A DNA stretch of 64,000 nucleotides. It comes from Octopus vulgaris. Lineage: Eukaryota. The notes beneath the pieces were generated by a model that saw only the letters and a list, made by a program, of their open reading frames with translations, did not search any database and was not told the origin of the DNA. This document shows positions 28,551 to 40,662 of this stretch, piece by piece. The translations under genes were made by a program, and so were the position numbers. Every line of letters starts with the position of its first letter. Position 1 is the first letter of the stretch. The stretch spans positions 28,706,001 through 28,770,000 of the forward strand of contig OX597821.1 of the NCBI GenBank assembly GCA_951406725.2, read 5' to 3'.

Positions 28551-28691
28551 ATAGTAAGAGGAAAGATCCAAGGAAGAGAAGACGGACGGTAAAAATCGCC
28601 AACGATACACACGCGGTAACATATTGAATATATATATATATATATATATATTCAATATGTGACCGCGTGTGTATCGTTGGCGATATAAATA

Positions 28692-28734
<43 letters not shown>

Positions 28735-28820
28735 TACATATATTCAATATGTGACCGCGTGTGTATCGTTGGCGATTTTTGCCCTTCGTCTTCTCTTCCT
28801 TGGATCTTTCCTCTTACTAT

Positions 28821-28855
28821 GTTTCTGACGAAGAGCTCCGCTCGAAACGTTAAAT
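28821..28855 (+). ncRNA. Minimal type I hammerhead ribozyme
   Basis: GUUU-CUGACGA-A-GAGC-UCC-GCUC-GAAAC-GUU-AAAU; stem III reduced to the palindrome AACGUU. Confidence 0.85.
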
Positions 28856-28970
28856 CCACCTTCCTTCTTTCGTTTCCTGAGCCTCCAATAATACTATACT
28901 TGTTCCACGTCCTCGCGTTATCGTGTTTTCTCCTTGTGTTTCTATCGTGTTTTCTCCTTGATATATATAT

Positions 28971-29679
28971 ATCAATAATAACAAAGGGCAAAATTAATTA
29001 ATTAACTAGTAATCAATAATTTCACCAAGTAAAATTCGGCATGAAAAAGGATCATTTCACGGTAAACTAAAGTAATACTTTATAATAGGGTTCAGCAAAG
29101 ATTTGCTTTACCACATACCGAAGTTTAGAAATAGCAGCCAGAGAACCTTAGTTATTTCCTCTACTTTAAAAACAGACTCCCAGAAAAAACAAATTACTCG
29201 AAAACAATCCATGAAGGCAGAGATGAAAAATAACGATAATCAATCGATATTAGATTACCCAGGTACGCGTTTTGGAATTAGATCGGTATAAAATATGTGT
29301 AATTAATACTTTACCCGAACATTTTCTTCATCAGCATGGGATTTCACAATATTAAATATTGAAAATTATTAAATTCGAAGGCACTGGAAGAATTGAATAT
29401 ATCTCTCCATCGGACAGATCATATTCCGAATTTAAAATAAACTAAGGAGGTTCATCTTCTTCCCCTGTCCATCCAGGTGTGTCTTCAAGTAAAATACTAC
29501 AGAAAAAATCTGTAGTTTATTACCAGGGAGAAAGTCATATTATCAATAATAACAAAAGGTAAAAGTAATTTATTAACTAGTAATCAATAATTTCAACAAG
29601 TAGAATTCGGCATGAAAAAGGAACATTTCACGGTAAACTAAAGTAATACTTTATAATAGGGTTCAGCAAAGTTTGCTTT
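28971..29679 (-). mobile_element. Hammerhead-bearing Penelope-type element (571-nt period)
   Basis: Direct repeat 28971-29109 matches 29542-29679; internal degenerate hammerhead. Confidence 0.7.
29258..29340 (-). ncRNA. Degenerate type I hammerhead (GAAA mutated to AAAA)
   Basis: Minus strand: CCCAUG-CUGAUGA-A-GAA..UUC-C-AAAAC-GC-GUA-CCUGGG; the sister copy at 26445-26454 retains GAAA. Confidence 0.6.
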
Positions 29680-30034
29680 TAAGTGATATATATATTAATT
29701 TAGATTTTCCCAACAAAAAGATAGAATAGTATGAAGACATAATATAATACTTTAGTAAATCACAAAATTAAATTATCTGTCTAAAAATATACTGACGTCT
29801 AAAATCCTGATAGGATTCATTACCTCTAGACATACATGTGCATATCTATTTACATAAAAAATTATTCATAATAATTCGCCATAAATTAAGTCATATAAAG
29901 ACAAGAAATCATCGTCCTGAATATTCGGTACTCGGACAAAGCCGGACGTGCGTGTTTGTATATATATGTGGGGGGTGCGTGTGTGTGTGAGTAAACGTGA
30001 GTATATATATATATATATATATATATAGATAGAT

Positions 30035-30080
<46 letters not shown>

Positions 30081-30355
30081 TGATAGATAGACAGATAGAT
30101 AGATAGATATGTATATATATATATGAGAAAAGGTTGAATTTTATTTCATCATTTACTTTGTTGGGTTCCAAAAAGGCGATTTCTAACAGAGATTCTTCAT
30201 TATTTTACTGGCGTAAGTTTTTGCGAATATGATAATATTACTTCTATATGGTGTGTTATGGGAATTTATGGAAAGGTATCTCATACAACGCAATACATTT
30301 GTTAAAAATGGGGAAGAGATGTTAAAATTTGAAAGAATTCTAATGCATCCGACCG

Positions 30356-30715
30356 TTTCAAACAGCGTTATTAATATGTAAATTCATGCTAGAATAATTA
30401 AATTAATTTGGTTAAATTAAATTAATTACATATCACTGTTCTCCTCAGTGCAAGAAGTATAAACAAACTATTAATTATTATTATTACAGTTTTAGTTTAT
30501 ACACAACTAGACACATTCTATAGTATCCTCTCAATATTCATGAGGATAAATATGTATAACCGAAAGTCAACTGAAAATAATAATAATTATTAATAATCAA
30601 TTGTATGTTTATACTTTTTGCACTGAGGAGAACAGTGATATGTAATTAATTAGATTTGTCCAAATAAATTTAATTATTCTACTATGAATTTACATGTTAA
30701 TATCGCTGTTAGAAA
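30356..30715. repeat. Foldback/MITE-like long imperfect palindrome
   Basis: 30361-30465 is the reverse complement of about 30607-30710; pairing continues inward to TATCCTC/GAGGATA. Confidence 0.8.
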
Positions 30716-30837
30716 TTATCGTATGCATGTATTAAAGTTCTTTCAAATCTTAACATCTCCAGTTTTAACAAATACATATATGTCTCTGTATATCTATGTG
30801 CGTGCGTGTGTGTACGATTATATGTGAATATATGTTC

Positions 30838-31032
30838 TTTTATTCTTTTACTTCTTACAGTCATTTGACCGTGGCCATGCTGGAGCACCAAGGTCTTCTT
30901 AGTGTTAGAATCGACCCTAAAACTTACTTCTTAAGGCTAATACTTAATCTATCGGTGTATTTTGCCGAACTGCTAGTTTACAGGGATGTAAACGCACAAA
31001 CACCAATCATCAAGCGGTGCTGGTGGGGACAA
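30838..31032 (-). mobile_element. SINE 3' half (family of 33020-33428)
   Basis: CAGTCATTTGAC..GGCCATGCTGGAGCACC..ATCGACCC..TTTGCCGAAC. Confidence 0.75.
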
Positions 31033-31082
31033 ACACACACACCACCCACACACACATACACACAGACATATATATATATATG

Positions 31083-31117
<35 letters not shown>

Positions 31118-31123
<6 letters not shown>

Positions 31124-31771
31124 GAGCTAGCGAATGGAATAGGAAAAATTCGGACTACATATATTGTATAACGTGTGGAACCTCAGAAGTGGTAAAATCC
31201 AAGCAAGGTGTATAACGCTGGTTTATTCTTCAGGCCAGAGTACCAGGATTAAATTGAACCCACTTTGCGTCAACATGTACCTCCTTGCACATGTACCTCC
31301 CGCGCAGTTTGTGACATATCATACCATGATCAACTTTATCAGAAGCTTTTGCTAAGTCAGGTTATATTACGTTTGAGTTGTTGAGTAACTGCTTCAACAC
31401 CCGAACATAGTGATGGAGGAGCTGTGTCTAATCAAGATATTCTTGGCCTGAAGAGTAGCCGGCAGTATACAATACATTTCGCTTGGATTTTACCACTGTT
31501 GATCTTCCACGCGCTATGAAACATGTGTAGCCCGGTTTTTTCTTACTTCTTTCTGTAACTCTTGTGTTGTTTTCCGAATTCTCGACGGCCATGGTATCCT
31601 TGGAATGTAAAAATAACTTCTCTTTTCTCTGTCCATCGTTCTCCAATAAAGAAATATGATCCACAACCGTCCCTCTCAATAAACCAATATTGTTCCTGAA
31701 ACTTGCATTTTTATATTTACCACGGATTGCTCGAAGCTAGGGTTTTTCCAACACCTCGATCCCTAGATTTC
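31118..31771 (+). mobile_element. Hammerhead-bearing structured element between (TA)n tracts
   Basis: Long imperfect inverted repeat 31118-31254 against 31426-31567 that encloses the hammerhead in its 3' arm. Confidence 0.7.
31445..31532 (+). ncRNA. Type I hammerhead ribozyme with extended stem II
   Basis: GGC-CUGAAGA(31448-31454)-GUAGC..GCUAU-GAAA(31518-31521)-C-AUGU-GUA|GCC. Confidence 0.75.
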
Positions 31772-31776
31772 ATATA

Positions 31777-31867
<91 letters not shown>

Positions 31868-31875
31868 ATTTATAA

Positions 31876-31914
<39 letters not shown>

Positions 31915-31918
<4 letters not shown>

Positions 31919-32222
31919 CGGGATCACCGTGACCGACCAGGCTATCAGATGTTGCTACACATCGCTGGTCACAATGCCCTTCGCATTGTTTTAGCCTTCA
32001 AATGACGCCACCCCGCTGGCTAAGTGAGCAGGCCAACAGAAGAAAGAGTGAGAGAAAGTTGTGGCGAAAGAGTACAGCAGGGACCGCCACCACCCCTTGC
32101 CGGAGCCTCGTGGGGCTTTAGGTGTTTTCGCTCAATAAACACGCACAACGCCCGGTCTGGGAATCGAACCTCGATCCTACGATCTCGAGTCCGTTGCCCT
32201 AACCACTGGGCATTGCGCCTCC
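31915..32222 (-). mobile_element. tRNA-derived SINE, full length
   Basis: Same family as 11364 and 49267; B box GGTTCGATTCC on minus. Confidence 0.9.
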
Positions 32223-32419
32223 ATATATATATATATATGTTTATTTATTGTACTGTATTGGATGAATAATCTAGTACATATTAATTGTACAGATTAGCGA
32301 GTGGAAGAAGCTGGTAACTGCATAAGCAAGGGTGTGAACACGTATAAGCGTATAGAAACAAATGAGCAAATGAGAAAATTGGCAAATAACTAAATGGGTG
32401 TGCAGGTACTAGTTCCTTA

Positions 32420-32715
32420 CGGCCGTTTCTGCCAAGAGACAACAAAATCTTTCAGGTTATCTCGATCTCTTCGGTGTTATGCAAGGATGAGCAGACAAGG
32501 CTTGGATCATAGTCTCAAATATCCCAACATCTCCATCAAAATACAGGACCTGATACTGCTTGGGCTTCAACAGCCAATAACTCTTCAATGTCCTTCCAAT
32601 ATTGTGTGAGAGACATACAATGTGTGTATGTAGGTACATTCAAAACGAAGCTGGATCTCCTGACAAGGATTCCAGATGAACATACCGCACAGCTTGAAGC
32701 ACAATGTTTGATAAT
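32420..32715 (+). mobile_element. CR1-like LINE 3' remnant
   Basis: LFNVLP..VGTFKTKLDL..RIPDE C-terminal pattern across frameshifts. Confidence 0.5.
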
Positions 32716-32754
32716 ACAGACATAGACTTGCCTAAATTCATCTAACGGAATTGT

Positions 32755-33002
32755 AAAAGCGCGATATTCGAGCAATTTTCCTATTCAAGTTCAAAACAAG
32801 GACGTAACACGGCTGAAACTGCTCGCGATATGAACGAAACGTTTGGTGGGGAATGACCAGTGAGTGATCAGTTCGAAAATGGTTTAAACGATTTCCCAGT
32901 AGAGAGCTGGTTCAGACCTCCAGCTTTTTACATTACCAGAATAAATAAACTTGTAACTCATTGGCAAAAATGTGTTCTTTGTAACGGTATTTACTTTGAT
33001 AG
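32755..33002 (+). mobile_element. Internally deleted mariner transposase remnant
   Basis: N-terminal AIFLF..GRNTAETARDMNETFG..VRKWFKRF joined to C-terminal INKLVTHWQKCVLCNGIYFD. Confidence 0.75.
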
Positions 33003-33019
33003 AAAAAAAATATTCTATG

Positions 33020-33428
33020 TAGGTGCAGGAGTGGCTGTGTAGTAAGTAGCTTGCTTACCAACCACATGGTTCCGGGTTCAGTCCCACTGCGTGGCACCTT
33101 GCGCAAGTGTCTTCTACTATAGCCTCGGGCCGACCAAAGCCTTGTGAGTGGATTTGGTAGACGGAAACTGAAAGAAGCCCGTCATATATATGTATATATA
33201 TGTATGTGTGTGTGCTTGTGTGTCTGTGTTTGTCCCCCTAGCATTGCTTGACAACCGATATTGGTGTGTTTATGTCCCCGTTACTTAGCGGTTCGGCAAA
33301 ACAGACCGATATAATAAGTACTGGGCTTACAAAAGAATAAGTCCTGGGGTCGAGTTGCTCGATTAAAAGCGGTGCTCCAGCATGGCCCCAGTCAAAATGA
33401 CTGAAACAAGTAAAAGAGTAAAAGAGTA
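33020..33428 (+). mobile_element. tRNA-derived SINE, full length, most abundant family here
   Basis: A box TGGCTGTGTAG, B box GGTTCAGTCC, internal TA/TG tract and GTAAAAGA tail; many copies in the window. Confidence 0.92.
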
Positions 33429-33561
33429 ATTGCTGAAATATATTGTGATGAATTACATATTTCAAAACGTTGCTTAATTTCTACTCAGCCTGGTGTGTGT
33501 GTGTGTATCTACGTATGTGTGTATCACACACACACACATATATGTATCTAAATTTAATATT

Positions 33562-33624
<63 letters not shown>

Positions 33625-34043
33625 ATGTGTGTGTATACAGATACACACACACATACACCCATACACGTACGCATACGTGTGGGTATGTGTCTTTATATAG
33701 ATGCGAAGAATTCCATTCAGGTGTATTTATCTTAATCAGATTCTTAGTCATCCCGATAAAGAATTTTGCCTTCTATTTCATTCAATAAGTTTAAAATTAC
33801 AGTCGAGAGATAAATCGAAAATAAAATTATTGTAGATTTAGTATTGTTACAATTTACGTATTCAGCAGTTATATACTAGCTTCTCCTGTATTATCTTCTC
33901 CTTCCCCATACTCGTACGTTTTGTGTAGCATTGTCATTTTGCAGAGTTATAGTTGGGTCTGTACAGTACATTAGTTTTGCTTTGATGTGATTACGTATTT
34001 TTGTTGGTTTTTCTGTCATTTTACTGTTTCATCTTTTTTGCTG

Positions 34044-34084
<41 letters not shown>

Positions 34085-34087
34085 CTT

Positions 34088-34162
<75 letters not shown>

Positions 34163-34639
34163 ACGATTTCTGCTATTTTGTTGGTGTTTGTGTTTCAAAT
34201 ATGTCGTATGAGTTTAGTGTTATGTGTTTAAGTGACGGGCGGTGGAGGTAAACAACAAATTGATGAGCAGCTGCGACATACTAATGAATGACAACCGTTT
34301 TACACGCAGTTATGTGAGTTTGATAATGCTCTAGCCTTCGGTATATATTTAATCATAATATATATTATATTACTTCAGTGGGTTGCGAATATGAGGAATA
34401 TGTGCTGTATACAGAGAATCATACGAATCGTCCTTATTGAATTGTAAATGCCTTGCGTAGGATGAATGAACTTCCAAACGTTGTCATAGTGCACATTATG
34501 TGTAAATTGTTGAGCTCTGGTGTTGTTTAAAAGTTTTATACACATTTTCTATCATACCTAGTGCTCCAATTTTTATTAGTAAATTTTGTCGCTTTCACTT
34601 TCATAACCGACAGTCTGATTGTTTAAGTTTTCGAGGTCT

Positions 34640-34950
34640 TTGAACTTTGACTGATTCTCCACCTAACTCCGAGCAATGTTCTGACTAGAAAATTTCGAGT
34701 TATCTCTTAGACTACAAACAGTGCTTATTATATTATATCTGTTTATTGTATTATCGCATATTTTCCTTGATCTCTTTGTTCGTCTGACCGGTCAAGTTTT
34801 CTATGGCTGTGTCCAGACCATTATCACATATTCAGTAGGTGTTTATAAGACACTTTATAAACACATATTCACACGAACAATCACTTGTCTATGTAAATAT
34901 TTCCTGACATGGACTCGGAAGCCGCATGTGACGTACTCTGCCCTTCATTT
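34640..34950 (-). mobile_element. Possible decayed Penelope GIY-YIG endonuclease remnant
   Basis: Across frames on minus: TCGF..DCSCEYV..ICD..TGQTNKEIKE, which resembles the CxxC..VIY..CxxC..YIGQT pattern; very degraded. Confidence 0.3.
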
Positions 34951-35525
34951 TTATCTTCATTTTAAATTTATAATAGGTTTATTTTTTTAAACATTACAAC
35001 AATGAAACTACAATCATACATTCCGTACTTGCTTTTAGCTCAGGAATTTTAATCCATTGTTGACTTTTACAGTGGTTCTTTGTCGAGTAATAGACAACGG
35101 GTGCTCTTTATTTCCATTTTCTCTCATTATATTTTGGAATTGTATATTGATATTATCTTCTGTTTTTAAAAATGTTTTGTTGTTTTGTCCTTATCTAAAT
35201 CATTTTTTCAGTGCAGTTCGTTTCCAGTTTGTACTTTATTGTTTCCTTATACTGAGAAATGTTTTTCATCTTGTCTGATTAATGGTTTGCTTTTAAGTAT
35301 TATTCTAGTTTCATTCCTCTTATCTTGTTATATTTATAATTTTTTTTATCAGATCCTGTCCTCTTTTTGTGCCGTATAGAGTATCAACCTTCTAGTGATG
35401 GCTTCGGAAGTCTGCTACAAATTTATTGTTTCGTTATCTTTAAGAATGTTGATAACTTTTTTTTCTTATTGAAGCTCTTCTATTCTGTTAAATTTCAATA
35501 CGTCATATACTGAAGATTCAATATA

Positions 35526-35778
35526 TCATCATCATCATTGTTCGACCGTGGTCGAGACAATGGAATTTACCATGCTACGCCAGACTTCTTCGCGGTCCAT
35601 CATAGCATTACGGAGGTCCTGTTGCTGGATGCCTGTATCCCTGAAGATTACATCAGGGTAGGAGAGTGTGCGCCTTCTGGTATCGCGAGTAGATGGCTTC
35701 CATCCAACCGCCTCTCAAGCTTCTTTGATAACGTCCAGGTTTCTGAGCCATATAGTAGAATTGGTTTGACTGTGGCTA
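35526..35778 (-). mobile_element. RTE LINE 3' fragment with internal deletion
   Basis: Near-identical to 9315-9481 joined to 9661-9740. Confidence 0.9.
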
Positions 35779-35814
35779 ACTAGAATAACTAATGCATTTA
35801 TACTTCCTGCATCA

Positions 35815-36165
35815 GGTTGCATAGCTCAGTGGCTAGAGCGTTGGGCTCACAATCATGAAGTAGTGAGTTCGATTCCCAGATCGGGCTGTGTTGTGCTGTG
35901 TCTTGAGCAAGACACTTTGTTTCACGTTGCTCCAGTTCACTCAGCTGTAGAAATGAATTGCAACATCACTGGTACCAATCTGTATCGGTCCCTTTGCCTT
36001 TCCCTTGGATAACATCGGTGGTGTGGCAGGGGAGGTTGGTATGCGTGGGCGACTGTTGGTCTTCCATAAGCAACCTTTCCTGGACTTGTTTCTCGGAGAG
36101 TTACTTTCTAGGTGCAATCCTATGGCCATTCATGACCGAAGAGGGCTCCTTACCCTTTTTACCCT
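35815..36165 (+). mobile_element. tRNA-derived SINE
   Basis: A box TAGCTCAGTGG, B box GAGTTCGATTCC, TCTTGAGCAAGACACTT; paralog at 36302-36645. Confidence 0.85.
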
Positions 36166-36301
36166 GTGTTTACTACTACTGTGCCTTTGTTATAATATTA
36201 TACTTATTCTTCTATGGTATACTTTTCTAATTTGGTCCTTTTCTCTGTTTCCTTATTTCATCAATTCCTTAGTATGTGTATAAGGTGTTCTGCTTCTAGT
36301 G

Positions 36302-36645
36302 AAGGCACATGGCTCAATGGTTAGAGCGTCGAGCTTACGATCGTGAGGTTGTGAGCTCGAATCCCGGACCAGGCTGCGTGTTGTGTTCTTGAGCAAGACA
36401 CTTTATTTCAAGTTGCTCCTGTTAACTCAGCTGTAGAAATGCGTTGCAACATCACGGGTACCAAGCTGTATCTGACCCTTTGCCTTTCCTTTGGATAACA
36501 CTGGTGGCGTGGAGATGGGAGGCCGGTATGCATGGGCGACTGCTGGTCTTCCATAAACCACCTTGCCCAGACTTGTGACTAGGAGGGTAACTTTCTAGGT
36601 GCAATCCCATGGTCAGTGTCGTGACCGAAGTGGGTCCCGTCTTCT
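36302..36645 (+). mobile_element. tRNA-derived SINE
   Basis: A box TGGCTCAATGG, B box GAGCTCGAATCC; paralog of 35815-36165. Confidence 0.85.
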
Positions 36646-37129
36646 ATGCACTAATTCAGTTTTAAATTCAGTTTTAAATACCTTCCATTTTATGGTACCT
36701 TTACCAAATTTGTCTTGCGCCCAAACCAATTTTTTGTTTCGATTGGATTTATGAAAGTTTTCGTATGAAAGTTTTCCCCTACAGAGTTTAATCCAAGAAA
36801 AAAAGATGGTTAATAGTTTGTCCGTCGTATCTAAACCTACTGATGATATCATTTCACGGTTTGTTTTAATGGAAGCAGAACAAGGCAAAGAAGTAGGGCA
36901 CATGTGTATTCCCCCAAAATGATCCCTCCTCTCAGGGGCAAAGTGCTGATTTTAGTTATCTTCTTTTAGCTTTGCAATAATATTTTTTCTTCTTTTAATT
37001 TTTATTTGTTTGTCATTTGACTGCGACCATGCAGGAGCACCACCTTGAGGGGGTTTTAGTCTAACAAATCATAACGGCAGAAGAACGTCTCTGCCAGCTC
37101 GCCGCCTTAGAGAGAGAAGAATAAACGAG

Positions 37130-37670
37130 GTATGAAGAAGGAATAAGAATTTAGCTGCTGAATGGTTAGATTACAGGAAGGCTTATGACAATGTCTCACA
37201 CAGTTACCTCTTGGAGTGTCTGAGGACACTCGGGGACAAGGAGAAGATAAATAACTTTTGGGAGAAAGCAATGAGACTGGGAAGTAGAACAGATATATGC
37301 AAATGAATCGCTAGTTAAAAAATTGCAGGGGTATTTTCCAAGAAGTCTCAGGTTCTCCATTACTCTTCGTCATTGTGCCAACCAAGTAAACTAAAAATAT
37401 CCAGGCCTGGTTAGGAGTTTACAAAATCCAAGATGAAAATAGATCATGTACTTTATATGGATGACCTCAAGTTATATACAAAAACTGAGATAGATTTAGA
37501 TCTTATAATCCAAGCAGTGAGAGTATTCAGTAAATGTATTGGAATGCAGTTTGGAGTAAATAAGTGCACAGTGCAAATTATGAACAGAGGCTTGAAGGTA
37601 ACCTGTAATGAGATAAAATTACCAAAACACAACATCGTTTGATCGCTGTAGAATACTAAGAAATACAGAT
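37130..37670 (+). mobile_element. R4/Dong-type non-LTR RT remnant
   Basis: WLDYRKAYDNVSHSYLLECL..GIFQ..SPLLF..HVLYMDDLKLY..IGMQFGVNKC. Confidence 0.8.
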
Positions 37671-38329
37671 AGATATCTATGAATGCTGTGGTGCTTTTCT
37701 TCTCCTATGCTTGTTTTTGCTCAGTTCACAGCTATCGGATGGTTGTGTCTTGCAAACAGTTTTGAGAAGGAATCGGAAAAAAAGAATGAACACGCATGCC
37801 CACGCTGAATTCGTAAAACGGAAGAATAAAAACGCAATGCGTACGTCAAAATGAAAAGGAAGAGAAGAATAAAAACGTAATGTCAAACAAGTTGTATGTT
37901 TGTCTGCATGTCATGGCTGACAACTTATCACGCAGCTTTGCTGCAATTTTCTTGTTACTTCTTTGCACATTTTGTATTTTGTGCGTTCCACTGATGTGCG
38001 TGGGTGTGTACTTTTTCGCTGCTGTTAATAGCATTGTATATATGGTTGTGAGTTTGGCTGTGGATTATGACTGACAGGATGACAGCGCATTTTTATAAGC
38101 TGCTACATTTGGGAGTGAAGCGTCTTTTCCTATTTTCCCCTATTTCCTCATTTCGTCGCGTGGCGAATTCTCCAAGACAGAGAGTTCAAAGGACGGGCAA
38201 GAGAGAGTCCATATATGTTGGCATGTTTCTGAGTCTGTGTTGTATTTTTATGGTTACTGTTGTTCTCATAAGAGCGGCAGTGTTCTGCTGGTGCTGTAGT
38301 TGTAATTTCGTTACTGGAAGTAGTGAAGC

Positions 38330-38600
38330 CCTCCATAATTTCGCCTTCAGTTTTGAGCAGAAGGCTTTCAGGTGGCGAGAATCCCTACATATATCCAGTT
38401 AGTGACAACTGTGCCTTCTGTCCTCTATCGCGACGTTGATATCTGCCCTATCCGGAATTTCAACGAGAACCAGTTGTTCTGGTATCACTTGTAATAGAAA
38501 TTCCACTCTTACTCCCGAACCATTTTCCATTTTTAATAGGCGATGAGAGTCACTGTCTTCCAAGACAACACATACCACGTCATCATTAACGTCCTCATAT
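38330..38600 (-). mobile_element. Probable Tx1/L1 ORF1 zinc-knuckle remnant
   Basis: INVAIEDRRHSCH*LDICRDSRHLKAFC resembles a broken CCHC knuckle. Confidence 0.45.
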
Positions 38601-38607
38601 CTAACGA

Positions 38608-38680
<73 letters not shown>

Positions 38681-38681
<1 letters not shown>

Positions 38682-38843
38682 TAACATACAGAAAATTGCA
38701 CTACTAGGCACTGCACACATCCTACGCAGAACACTTTCTATACAATAACCATCAGAGCATCACAACAAATCACAGCACATACCCAAGGCACACAGAGCTG
38801 CGCTCGGTAGTGAAGTGAAAGCATGCTATAAAAAATAAAATTA

Positions 38844-38851
<8 letters not shown>
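38681..38851 (+). mobile_element. R4/Dong-type LINE extreme 3' end inside (AAT)n
   Basis: NIQKIALLGTAHILRRTLSIQ* plus 3' UTR, flanked on both sides by (AAT)n. Confidence 0.8.
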
Positions 38852-38912
<61 letters not shown>

Positions 38913-39801
38913 TGCCGCCGTCGTCGTCATCATCGTTGCCAAACTCCGTTTATATGGTGACAAACTCATCCAAATTTATCTTTATTTCGAACTGAACATT
39001 GTTATCCGCTATTCTCTCTATTCAGAACAGCAGAAGGAGTTTTCGTTTATTTCACTAGTTATTGTAGCTGTTTTCTTCTAAATGAGGTTTTATTGTTAAA
39101 TACGAATGATATTTGAAACAATTGCTATTGCTGTACTTGTTGTTGTTGTTGTCGTTGTTGCTATTGCTACTGCTACTGCTGCTGCTTTTGTTATTCTTGT
39201 TCTTGTCATTGCTGCTGCTAATTCTTTTTTTTTTTCTTTTGTCAGGTAACAATATTTCGTTCCCTTGTAATAATTTCTGCGATTTTGTTATCACTTTCTC
39301 CTTCATTGGAATTACTGTTTACATCGAACAAATCTTGTGAACATATCTTTGAAAAAAAAATCATCATTTATAGAATTTTGCAAATAAAATAATGTTCACA
39401 TTGTTATAATCTGCGTAAACTCATTAATTCTTGTTTGTCAAAGTCGCATGTGATATTTTCGTAAATCTAATGTAATCTGCCAATTGAAATTCAAAACACA
39501 GAAGTGTTCTTTGAATACAGAAATATTGACAAAAAGGCTGAATAATATTATACAATGTTCAGATAATGGTAGATTCATATTTAAGAAGGATTACTTGAGA
39601 AGGAATATTTATATAATTAAAGCTGTGTGTAGCCGAGTTGGTAATGTTATTTTAACATCGATTGGATTGTGAGTTTAACAGTTCGACTCACCAAGTATGC
39701 GATACTTGTTTCGTTGCTTGATGAATAATCATCTAATAAGATATTGCGGTTCATTTACATAGTGCAGGGGTTCAAAACTGAGGTGCAGATAGCTCTAGGG
39801 C

Positions 39802-40213
39802 GTACTCTTTTACTTGTTTCAGTCATTTGACTGTGGCCGGGCTGGAGCACCGCCTTTAGTCGAGCAAATCGACCCTAAGACGTATTCTTTGTAAGCATAG
39901 TACTAATTATATCGGTCTCTTTTACCGAACCACTAATTTACGGGGACGTAAACACACCAGCATCGGTTGTCAAGCGATGTTGGGTGGACACACACTGACA
40001 CACAAATATATGCACACACATACATATATATATATATATCCATATATACGACAGGCTTCCTTCAGCCTCCGTCCACCAAATCCACTCACAAGGCTTTGGT
40101 CGGCCCGGGGCTATAGCAGAAGACACTTGCCCAAGATGCCACGCAGTGGGACTAAACCCGGAACCATGTGGTTGGTAAGCAAGCTACTTACCACACAGCC
40201 ACTCCTACGCCTA
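39802..40213 (-). mobile_element. tRNA-derived SINE, full length
   Basis: Near-identical to 24019-24430. Confidence 0.92.
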
Positions 40214-40662
40214 TAAAAAAGTTAAGAACGTATAGAGGTTTTATGAAAACGCTGAAATTTTAAATGAACAGCGCTTTACAATGTTGTATTCTAGGATTTA
40301 GAAAAAAAGTACTCAAATATATCTGAAAATTTTGACTACCAAATCATACGTTTATTTGTATTATGTATTTCTCTAATGATATCGATAAAATGGTATCCAC
40401 AGTTATCCATTTTAGGGTATTCAAACATTTGATGATGTACTGCCATATATGAAGAATAAGCAACCAAGAACGAACATTTTCAGAACCGCCGATTTAAATG
40501 ATAAGAAGCTTATCTCTAATGAATATTGCTATTATAATAATCTAATTTTCCGTTGGTTTTCAGTTCTGAATTCGAATCTTCCCATTACGTTTGCTTCTCT
40601 CGCATCTCTTGCTATGTGATTTATTGGAAATTACTACGATCATTACAGGAGAATATATTTCT

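Larger units (their letters stand above)
28415..28960. mobile_element. Head-to-head pair of about 210-nt hammerhead elements in (TA)n
   Basis: 28415-28630 (-) and 28741-28960 (+) are near-identical inverted copies; a 5' stub lies at 28649-28684. Confidence 0.8.

Noticed and set aside
35815-36370. tRNA-like sequences with A/B boxes
   Set aside because: They continue into SINE bodies and lack a complete cloverleaf; SINE heads, not tRNA genes.
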